Shown in pieces: positions 10,405 through 17,922 of a stretch of 32,000 nt of DNA; within the stretch, counting starts at the first letter, position 1; each line of letters begins with the position of its first letter. The stretch lies in the NCBI RefSeq assembly GCF_000017945.1, contig NC_009776.1, positions 210,001 through 242,000 on the forward strand, given 5' to 3'. Both the position numbers and the translations under genes were made by a program. Source of the DNA: Ignicoccus hospitalis KIN4/I. Lineage in GTDB: Archaea > Thermoproteota > Thermoprotei_A > Sulfolobales > Ignicoccaceae. A model generated the notes under the pieces. The model had not been told where the DNA came from and searched no databases. It saw only the letters and a program-made list of their open reading frames with translations.

Positions 10405-10647
10405 TTACCCCCTATGAAGTACCGGGTAGAGCTCCACCACGTCGCCGTCCTCCAAGCTCTCGTCCAACAGAGCCGACCTCTCTACGCCGTTGACGAATAC
10501 TAGCAATATTGCCTTGGGTTCTCCGTCCTCGTCGACGTACCTCTCCAAGCCGAAGAGCTTCCGGGCGCAGAGCAACAACTCCTTCAAGTTCTTGGCCTCT
10601 AGCTCCGCCCTCCGGCCGTCCCAGAGCCTCAGTTCCACCATCCTCAC
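10405..10647 (-). CDS. Small ubiquitin-like (MoaD/ThiS/SAMP-type beta-grasp) protein
   Basis: 80 aa; LWDGRRAELEAKNLKELLL...ILLVFVNGVERSALLDESLEDGDVVELYPVLHRG. Typical MoaD fold sequence pattern, but it ends in -RG rather than -GG. Confidence 0.7.
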   Translation of the reverse strand: MRMVELRLWDGRRAELEAKNLKELLLCARKLFGLERYVDEDGEPKAILLVFVNGVERSALLDESLEDGDVVELYPVLHRG

Positions 10648-10702
10648 AGCCTCGTGAAGTTACTTCACCCGCGCTTTAACGGGCCCCCGAGGGCTCTGGG
10701 CT

Positions 10703-11128
10703 TTGCTGGAGTGCGCGTTGCTGGCGTACGACGCTTCACCCCCCTCTCGGAAAGCTTTACACTTCGCGAAGGAGTTAGCGAAGAAAACTGGTTCGGAGCT
10801 CTTAGTACTTTACGTTATAGATATAAAGAAACTAAACGAAGTTTTAGGTAACTTAGACGTGGAAAAGCTGAAAGTTCTGGAGAGGAGGGCTAACTCTTTG
10901 GTGGAGGACGCAGTTAAGTACTTGAACGAAGAAGGCGTCAAGGCTAGGGGGCTGGTGAAGAAGGGGCCTCCGCCGGAAGCGATAGTGGAGACGGCGGCGG
11001 AGGAGGGCTGTTCAATGATAATTGTGGGCTCCCGCGGCCTCAAGGGCCTCAAGAGGGCGCTCTTGGGTAGCGTTTCAGATAAGGTGCTTAGGATAAGCAA
11101 CGTACCGGTGCTCATCGTAAAGGGCTAA
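10703..11128 (+). CDS. Universal stress protein (UspA family)
   Basis: 141 aa; ALLAYDASPPSRKALHFAKELA and ATP-binding-type IIVGSRGLKGLKRALLGSVSDKVLRISNVPVLIVK. Confidence 0.93.
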   Translation: MLECALLAYDASPPSRKALHFAKELAKKTGSELLVLYVIDIKKLNEVLGNLDVEKLKVLERRANSLVEDAVKYLNEEGVKARGLVKKGPPPEAIVETAAEEGCSMIIVGSRGLKGLKRALLGSVSDKVLRISNVPVLIVKG

Positions 11129-11167
11129 AGGTAGATTAGGCCTCTGAGCGGTAGAAAGTCATGAGGT

Positions 11168-13149
11168 GTGTCCTTGACCGAAGAACAGAAGACTGTGTTA
11201 CCGATCAGTAAGGGCGTGGTCCCTACTGGAAAGCTCCACGAGATGAGGAAGAGGGCCCTCGAGGACCCGGAGGGCTTCTGGTCGGAGATCGCCTCGGAGC
11301 TCTATTGGAAGAAGGGTTGGGATAAGGTAGTCGAGGGCGAGGCCCCCTACTTCAAGTGGTTCGTGGGCGGGAAGACCAACATATCCTACAACGCCTTAGA
11401 CAGGCACGTTAAGACTTGGAGGAGGAACAAGGCCGCCATAATCTGGGAGGGCGAGCCCGGCGAGACCAGGGTCATGACTTATTACCAGCTCTGGAAGGAA
11501 GTAAACCGCTTCGCCAACGTGCTGAAGGATTTGGGCGTTAAGAAGGGAGACAGAGTGACCATTTACATGCCCATGGTTCCCGAGGCAGTCGTCGCTATGC
11601 TGGCGACCGTGAGGGTCGGCGCGATCCACAGCGTGGTCTTCTCCGGGTTCTCTGCGAAGGGGTTGGCGGAGAGGATAAACGACGCTCAAGCTAAGGTCGT
11701 GATAACGGCCGACGGCATGTGGAGGAGGGGGAAGAAGCTCATACTCAAGGAAATAGTGGACAAGGCTTTGGAGGAGACGCCGTCCGTGGAGAGCGTGGTG
11801 GTTTACAAGAGGCTGGGCGAGGAGGTCAACATGGTCGAGGGCAGGGACTACTGGTGGGACGACCTCATGGAGGGCGCGGAGGACTACGCGGAGCCCGAGT
11901 GGGTGGAGAGCGAGCACCCCTCCTTCATCCTCTACACTTCCGGCACCACCGGCAAGCCCAAGGGGATAATTCACGACACCGGGGGCTACATGGTAGGAGT
12001 CTACGCTACGATGAAGTGGGTATTCGACATAAGGGACGACGACTTGCACTGGTGTACTGCAGACATAGGCTGGATCACCGGCCACTCCTACGTGGTCTAC
12101 GGCCCCTTGCTCCACGGGGCCACTACCCTCATGTACGAGGGCGCCCCCGACTACCCCAAGCCCGACCGCTGGTGGAGCATAATTGAGAAGTACGGTGTAA
12201 CTACCTTCTACACGGCTCCCACGGCTATAAGGATGTTCATGAGGTATGGCGAGAAGTGGGTGGAGAAGCACGACCTCAGCACCTTGAGGATCTTGGGCAG
12301 CGTCGGCGAGCCCATAAACCCGGAGGCGTGGTGGTGGTACTTCAAGCACGTCGGCAAGGGCAAGTGTCCCATAGTAGACACTTGGTGGCAGACGGAGACC
12401 GGGCACACATAGTAGACACTTGGTGGCAGACGGAGACCGGGCACATAATGATAAGCCCCGCCCCCGGGATAGAGCTGGTCCCCCTGAAGCCGGGGAGCGC
12501 CACCTTCCCGTTGCCCGGCGTGGACGCCGAGGTGGTGGACGACAACGGCAACCCCGCGCCTCCCGGAACTAAGGGCTACTTGGTCATAAGGAAGCCGTGG
12601 CCCGGCATGTTGCACGGTATCTGGGGAGACCCGGAGAGGTACGTGAGGACCTACTGGAGCAAGTTCCCCGGGTGGTACTTCACCGGCGACTACGCGATGA
12701 AGGACGAGGACGGCTACTTCTGGATATTGGGTAGGGCGGACGACGTGATCAAGGTCGCCGGCCACAGGCTGGGCACCTTGGAGATAGAGAGCGCCTTCGT
12801 CGCCCACCCCGCGGTGGCCGAGGCGGCGGTGGTGGGCAAGCCCCACCCGGTCAAGGGAGAGGGCATAGTGGCCTTCGTAGTGTTGAAGGAGGGTTACCAG
12901 CCCAGCGACGAACTGAGGGATGAGCTGAGGAAGTGGATAAGGGAGACCATAGGCCCCGTCGCCACTCCGGACGAGATACACTTCGTTACCAAGTTGCCTA
13001 AGACTAGGAGCGGAAAGATAATGAGGAGGGTGCTTAGGGCGGTGATAAGCGGCCAGCCCTTGGGAGACTTGAGCACCTTGGAGGACGAGGCGTCCGTGGA
13101 GGAAGTGAAGAGGGCGGTAGAGGAGTTGAGGAGAGACTTAGGAATGTGA
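11168..13149 (+). pseudogene. acs: AMP-forming acetyl-CoA synthetase, reading frame interrupted by a 38-bp tandem duplication (5' part 11168..12412, 3' part in another frame to 13149)
   Basis: 5' part: [58 protein letters not shown]. 3' part: [33 protein letters not shown] ... [14 protein letters not shown]. Deleting one 38-bp copy joins both parts in frame. It could be a pseudogene, a strain variant or an assembly artefact. Confidence 0.85.
12370..12449 (+). repeat. Perfect 38-bp tandem duplication inside acs
   Basis: 12370..12411 is identical to 12408..12449 (period 38 bp, 42 matching bases); unit ATAGTAGACACTTGGTGGCAGACGGAGACCGGGCACAC. Confidence 0.98.
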
Positions 13150-13185
13150 CCTCGAGGAACCCTTTCTTTCACTTTAAATAAAAAC

Positions 13186-13602
13186 TTACCAACCCAAGAC
13201 CCCGCCTATGTCCGCGGTCTCCTCGGCCTCGGTCGCGCACTGGACCGCTAGGGCCCCTACCTTGTCGCTGAGCCAGTTCCTAACGTAGTCCAGCTTGTTC
13301 TCCTCCACGACGTACATGTCGCTCAAGGCGCTCTCGCCGCACTTGCCGGAGAAGTGGGCCTCTAACATGTTACCCCTCTTCCCAAAGGTGACTTCCACGT
13401 TCATCTCGTACTTCCCGGGCTTTACCTTCCTAGTCTCGCCGCCGGCGCTTATCTGGCCCTCCTTGACTACCTCGAAGACTATCTTCATTGAGAGGGAACC
13501 CTCGCCCTCTTGCACCTCCACTTGAGGCTCGCCTATGAACCCTCCCAAGGCGTTCTCCAAGCCCTTGAGGGCTGCCTTCTGGGCCGACCTCGCGCTTATC
13601 AC
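13186..13602 (-). CDS. Hypothetical protein (138 aa)
   Basis: Intact ORF in an otherwise empty interval, predicted alpha/beta with alternating-strand character; no family recognised. Confidence 0.6.
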   Translation of the reverse strand: MISARSAQKAALKGLENALGGFIGEPQVEVQEGEGSLSMKIVFEVVKEGQISAGGETRKVKPGKYEMNVEVTFGKRGNMLEAHFSGKCGESALSDMYVVEENKLDYVRNWLSDKVGALAVQCATEAEETADIGGVLGW

Positions 13603-13693
13603 GGCTCCTTCCCAAGAGAGAAGGCCCTCTGGGGGTGTAATAGGCCTCCGTCCCGTGACCCGCTCCTCACCCAGTCGGCCAAGTACGCGATCC

Positions 13694-14443
13694 TCATCGG
13701 CCCAAGGGAGCTTCCTCCACGAGCAGGCCCGCCAAGTCCTCCAGAGCGGGCAGCTCTACCACCCCCAGCTCCGGGTCCGCGGCGTAGGGGACGGCCTTCT
13801 TGAGGTCCAGCTCCTTCAGTATAGGCGACAAGTAAGCTTCTCTATTTGGAGTAACGCTGGTCCCGGACTGGTAGAGGCCCACCGCAGGCAACACCACGAC
13901 CACTCCCCTCCGCGAGGGGACCTTTAGGTAGCACGGGAACTTCGCAGTGGCACCCACCGGGTCCCTCAGCGCCACGCTCGGGTGCTCGTGGCCCATAATA
14001 GTTACCTCGCCCAGCTCCGCGGCCTTGTGGCCGTGGATTACCTTCACCCCCTCGCTCAAGTCCAGCTCGTCCACCACCTCGAACCCGGCGTCCTCCACCA
14101 GCTTCTTGACGAAATTGTCGTGGTTCCCCCTTACTAACACCAACTCCACACCCTTCTTCTGAGCCGCCGACAAGAAGGCCTCTACGTCCCTCTTTTCCAT
14201 CTTGCCCAGCCTTCCGAACTGGTGTTTCAAGTCGCCCGCTACGACGACCTTCTTGACCGCCTTGGAGACGCTCTCTAGGACCTCCAGCGCCCTCCTAAGC
14301 TGGGCGGGGGGCAAGAAGACCCCCTTTCTGCTCATCTCTTCCTCGAAGCCCAAGTGGAGGTCCGCTATTATTGCATAGCCCTTGTACAGCAAGGCCCCTT
14401 GAGGGGTGGCGTAAAGTCCCCGCTCTAGCTCTACGGCTTCCAC
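13694..14443 (-). CDS. Calcineurin-like metallophosphoesterase
   Basis: 249 aa; AIIADLHLGFE, VVVAGDLKHQFG, LVRGNHDNF, VIHGHKAAELGEVTIMGHEHPSV. Confidence 0.9.
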   Translation of the reverse strand: MEAVELERGLYATPQGALLYKGYAIIADLHLGFEEEMSRKGVFLPPAQLRRALEVLESVSKAVKKVVVAGDLKHQFGRLGKMEKRDVEAFLSAAQKKGVELVLVRGNHDNFVKKLVEDAGFEVVDELDLSEGVKVIHGHKAAELGEVTIMGHEHPSVALRDPVGATAKFPCYLKVPSRRGVVVVLPAVGLYQSGTSVTPNREAYLSPILKELDLKKAVPYAADPELGVVELPALEDLAGLLVEEAPLGR

Positions 14444-14473
14444 TCGGGACCCCAGAGCTTAGGGACGTAGGGG

Positions 14474-15136
14474 TTAATACTTAGGGGAGCGCCTCAGCTC
14501 GCCCTCCCCGGTTATCCAGTACTCGCCGTCGGTCCTCACTTCCCTCTTCCATATCGGGGGCTCGTGCTTCAACCTCTCTAAGATCTCCCTAGCGGCTTTG
14601 AACGCGCTCTCCCTATCCTTTCCGCTAACTGCTATTATCAAGGTTTTTTGTCCCACCTTACGGGGCCCTAAGAACTGCACCACCCTCGCGTCTAAGGCCC
14701 CCCACTTCTTCAGTTCCTCCTCCACTATCTTTTCCATAAACTCCTTCACGCTCGGATGAGCTTCGTATATTAGCTCTAATACTTTAGATCCTTTAGATTT
14801 TACCGTCCCAACGAAGATTACCGTGGCACCCGACTCGGGGTCGCCCAACTCCTCCACCAAGCCGTCCAAGCTCCAGTCCTCCTCTTCGGTGAGCACCACC
14901 CTCCCCCCTCCGCCGGCGGCGGGGGGCACCAGCTCGTACTCCCCCTCCGTTAAGGGCTCTTCGTCCTCGGCGAACCTGCCGTCCTTCAAGACCACGGGCT
15001 CTGGGTAGCCCTCCGGCAACAGCTCGAGAACCTTCCTCTTGAGGTCGGCCACCTTAGAGCCCTCCGGCAACTCGAGCTCCGCGGCCTCACCGAGCGCGTC
15101 CTTGTACATAGCGTACAACTTCAACTTGACCTTCAA
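14474..15136 (-). CDS. Fused molybdopterin synthase MoaD-MoaE
   Basis: 220 aa; N-terminal MoaD-like domain ending ELVPPAAGGGG, C-terminal MoaE-like domain GATVIFVGTVKSKGSKVLELIYEAHPSVKEFMEKI...KHEPPIWKREV. Confidence 0.88.
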   Translation of the reverse strand: MKVKLKLYAMYKDALGEAAELELPEGSKVADLKRKVLELLPEGYPEPVVLKDGRFAEDEEPLTEGEYELVPPAAGGGGRVVLTEEEDWSLDGLVEELGDPESGATVIFVGTVKSKGSKVLELIYEAHPSVKEFMEKIVEEELKKWGALDARVVQFLGPRKVGQKTLIIAVSGKDRESAFKAAREILERLKHEPPIWKREVRTDGEYWITGEGELRRSPKY

Positions 15137-15197
15137 CTCGCGCCTCCGCCTTCGTTACGCCCCCGCGGGATTTGAGGGGAGCGGTCGTCCGCGCCCA

Positions 15198-15209
15198 AGC
15201 TTATATAAA
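15198..15209 (+). promoter_or_regulatory. BRE/TATA-like promoter element
   Basis: AGCTTATATAAA about 33-43 nt upstream of the ATG at 15241. Confidence 0.7.
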
Positions 15210-15240
15210 TGGAACGGGTAACTGGTAGGGGCTCCGCAAC

Positions 15241-16707
15241 ATGTACTACCGTACACGAGAGGCTAGGTCCGAGTTCCTGAGGAAGGTTAGGGAGGAGGCA
15301 ATAGACTTCCCCGACTACGAGGTAATAGACTCGCCGTCGCCCGAGCTCTACAAGTTCATTTTTCCCTTCAAGGAAGTGCCGCGCGTGTTCTTCGACGGCA
15401 TAATACTCCCTACGGAGCTGCCCTCAGAGATATGGATAACGGACACCACCTTCAGAGACGGCCAGCAAGCCCGGGAGCCCTACACGGTCGAGCAGATAGT
15501 GCGCTTGTACAAGTACTTACACGAGCTCGGAGGCCCCTTAGGGAAGATTAAGACCACAGAGTTCTTCCTGTATACAGAGAAGGACAAGGAGGCAGTGAGG
15601 AGGGTAAAGGAGCTGGGCTACAAATATCCGATCCCCACCGGGTGGATAAGGGCGAAGAAGGAAGAGCTCAGCTTGGTTAAGGAGGCCGGCTTGGAGGAGA
15701 CCGGAATACTCGCCTCCATAAGCGACTACCACATATACTTCAAGTTTAAGGCTTCCAGGGGCAAAGTCGTAGAGAAGTACTTGAGCGTCGTGGAGGAGGC
15801 CCTTAAGATGGACATAATACCCAGGGTGCACTTGGAGGACATAACTAGGGCAAACATATTCGAAGTGGTAGTCCCGTTCGTCCGAAAGTTAATGAAGTTG
15901 AGCGAGAGGTACGGGCTCCCGGTGAAGGTTAGGTACCCCGACACGCTGGGCGTCGGCGTGCCCATAGTGGAGGCGATGTTGCCTAGGAGCATCCCCAAGC
16001 TAACTTGGGTCCTCCGCCACGTCTGCGGCGTGCCGAGCGAGTGGCTGGAGTTCCACGGCCACAACGACTTCCACTTAGGAGTGGCTAACGCGGTGAGCGC
16101 TTGGCTCTACGGCGCCGGGCTGAACAACGGCACGCTGTTAGGGATAGGCGAGAGGGCGGGCAACGTGCCGATAGAGGCCTTAGTCTTCGCCTACGCCCAG
16201 CTGAAGCACGGGTTTGACGGGATGAACACTAAGGTGATAACCGAGATAGCCAAGTACTACCGCGACGAGCTGGGTTACGAGGTACCGCCTTACTACCCCA
16301 TAGTAGGGAGGAACTTCGCCGTGACGAGGGCCGGAATCCACGCGGACGGGCTCTTGAAGAACCCGGAGACCTACTTGCCCTTCGACACGGAAGGGATCTT
16401 GGGCGTGAAGCCCGGAGTCGCCATAACTCCCTACGCGGGCTTGGCCGGCATAGTCTACTGGATAAACAAGACTTTCGACCTAAAGGGGGAGGAACAAGTG
16501 AGCAAGAAGGACCCGAAGGTGCAAGCGATATACAAGGACGTCATGAAGCAGTTCGAGCACGGCCGCTTGACTGCCTTGAGCGACGCCGAGATGCTGGCGC
16601 TGGTCGCCAAGCACGCGCCGGAGCTCATCAAGAAGTACTGGGACAGGCTCCCGGAGGACTTGAAGGCCAAAGCGGTGGCGCTGCTGGACCTCGCGGAGAG
16701 GAGATAA
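15241..16707 (+). CDS. Isopropylmalate/homocitrate/citramalate/Re-citrate synthase-family acyltransferase
   Basis: 488 aa; ITDTTFRDGQQAREPYTVEQIVRLYKYLHELGG, FHGHNDFHLGVANAVSAWLYGA, NGTLLGIGERAGNVPIEALV. Exact substrate not resolvable from sequence alone. Confidence 0.85.
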   Translation: MYYRTREARSEFLRKVREEAIDFPDYEVIDSPSPELYKFIFPFKEVPRVFFDGIILPTELPSEIWITDTTFRDGQQAREPYTVEQIVRLYKYLHELGGPLGKIKTTEFFLYTEKDKEAVRRVKELGYKYPIPTGWIRAKKEELSLVKEAGLEETGILASISDYHIYFKFKASRGKVVEKYLSVVEEALKMDIIPRVHLEDITRANIFEVVVPFVRKLMKLSERYGLPVKVRYPDTLGVGVPIVEAMLPRSIPKLTWVLRHVCGVPSEWLEFHGHNDFHLGVANAVSAWLYGAGLNNGTLLGIGERAGNVPIEALVFAYAQLKHGFDGMNTKVITEIAKYYRDELGYEVPPYYPIVGRNFAVTRAGIHADGLLKNPETYLPFDTEGILGVKPGVAITPYAGLAGIVYWINKTFDLKGEEQVSKKDPKVQAIYKDVMKQFEHGRLTALSDAEMLALVAKHAPELIKKYWDRLPEDLKAKAVALLDLAERR

Positions 16708-16741
16708 GAGCTTTTCCTCTCCCAGTAAGCCGGGACCCCCA

Positions 16742-16927
16742 GTGAGCTTGTTGGAGAAGGTCGAGTTAGCCCTTTCTATAACCTTCATAATATTGTTAAT
16801 AGCCTTGGCGGTGGTCGCAGACTCCAACGGCTTGGGGGCGGAGGGGACCTTGGCCCTCGCCGCGGCGACCGCGGCCTCGGGCGGGGCGGCGATACTGCTC
16901 CACCACGTGAGCGCCGACAAGCCTTAG
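16742..16927 (+). CDS. Small membrane protein (61 aa)
   Basis: Two hydrophobic segments: ALSITFIILLIALAVVA and GTLALAAATAASGGAAILL. Confidence 0.5.
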   Translation: MSLLEKVELALSITFIILLIALAVVADSNGLGAEGTLALAAATAASGGAAILLHHVSADKP

Positions 16928-17298
16928 CGCTTCACCACGTCTAAATAATCTTGTATGAAGCCTTTCTTCACCATCTCCTCGTACGTCCTCCATATCCTCT
17001 TCACGTTAGTGAACTTAGTCTCGAAGCCCTTCTGCTCCAAGATCTCGTAGACCACGTCCACGAACTCTTGGGGCGAGGGCCCCGCGGAGAGCGCCTCTAC
17101 TATAACCTTCATCAAGTCCTTCCTGGTCGGCCTCCTCTTGTTCACCTTCCTCACCCTCCTCTCCTTCTCTATCTCCTCTAGGACCTCACGCAGCGCCTCC
17201 TCGGGGACCCAGTCGAGCTGCAAGGCGACCCCAAGGACTAAAACCTCCGTTCTTGATAAGTTTTGGTGCCGCAAGGTGTACTTCCGAATAAAAGGCAC
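16924..17298 (-). CDS. Hypothetical protein (up to 124 aa; start uncertain)
   Basis: Charged helical ORF RPTRKDLMKVIVEALSAGPSPQEFVDVVYEILEQKGFETKFTNVKRIWRTYEEMVKKGF; last 4 nt overlap the convergent small ORF. Confidence 0.55.
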   Translation of the reverse strand: MPFIRKYTLRHQNLSRTEVLVLGVALQLDWVPEEALREVLEEIEKERRVRKVNKRRPTRKDLMKVIVEALSAGPSPQEFVDVVYEILEQKGFETKFTNVKRIWRTYEEMVKKGFIQDYLDVVKR

Positions 17299-17538
17299 TT
17301 ACACAAAAAGGACAGAAGAGTTCTGCGAGTCTTGCGTGCCGGTGAGCTTGCGTGAAGGAGGTTCGCTTGAAGGAAGTGAAGACGGTGAGGACTAGGTGTT
17401 CCAAGTGCCCCCTCAGTAGGATCTGCTTAAAAAGGCGCGACTGAAGTTAGAGACGGTGTAGCCGCCATAGCGGAAGAGGTTCTTGACAAGAGTTTATTTC
17501 TGCTTCACGAGGACGGCTACTCCGTTTACCTGGACGAG

Positions 17539-17922
17539 GTGTTAACGGAAGTCTACCAGCAGTGCCTAGAGAGACCCAGCGACGCTACCTTGGAAGACTT
17601 GATGAAGACCCACACCAAGTGCATAAGTGAGGTCTTGAAGATAAGGCCGGTAATAACCATGATCGAGGGCGAGGAGAAGGCGAAAACCATCATGGTCGAC
17701 AAGGACGACGTTTACTTGTTGGAGTGCGAGGACATAAGCGACGACCTCCTCGAGGACGCCAAGCTAACCAACGAGCTCTTGTTCGCTTTCGACGACGTCT
17801 TAATAGACGAGCTGGAAGACGCAGTAAAGGTAATCATGTGTACGTTGAAGAAGAGAAAGTTGAAGGAAGAAGAGAAGAAGGAGATGTCTAACTTTTGGAG
17901 TTTGAAGTCTAACAGTTTTTAG
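17539..17922 (+). CDS. Hypothetical acidic/charged protein (127 aa by first standard start)
   Basis: ORF MLTEVYQQCLERPSDATLEDLMKTHTKCISEVLK...; the frame stays open upstream to 17431 without a standard start. Confidence 0.55.
   Translation: MLTEVYQQCLERPSDATLEDLMKTHTKCISEVLKIRPVITMIEGEEKAKTIMVDKDDVYLLECEDISDDLLEDAKLTNELLFAFDDVLIDELEDAVKVIMCTLKKRKLKEEEKKEMSNFWSLKSNSF

Noticed and set aside
12256-12410. N-terminal part of the 297-aa ORF ([24 protein letters not shown]...)
   Set aside because: Out-of-frame translation of acs upstream of the duplication; only sequence after the second repeat copy is genuine Acs.
12412-12449. Programmed frameshifting as the explanation for acs
   Set aside because: The frame break is fully explained by a perfect 38-bp duplication; there is no slippery site or stimulatory structure that needs invoking.
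11396-12981. Minus-strand ORFs of 336 and 257 aa opposite acs
   Set aside because: Shadow ORFs over a conserved gene with His/Pro/Val-rich artefactual composition.
17138-17395. 85-aa plus-strand ORF containing EFCESC near the micro-ORF
   Set aside because: Mostly antisense to the 16924-17298 gene; the CxxC may be coincidental, with no evidence that it joins the downstream CSKC frame.
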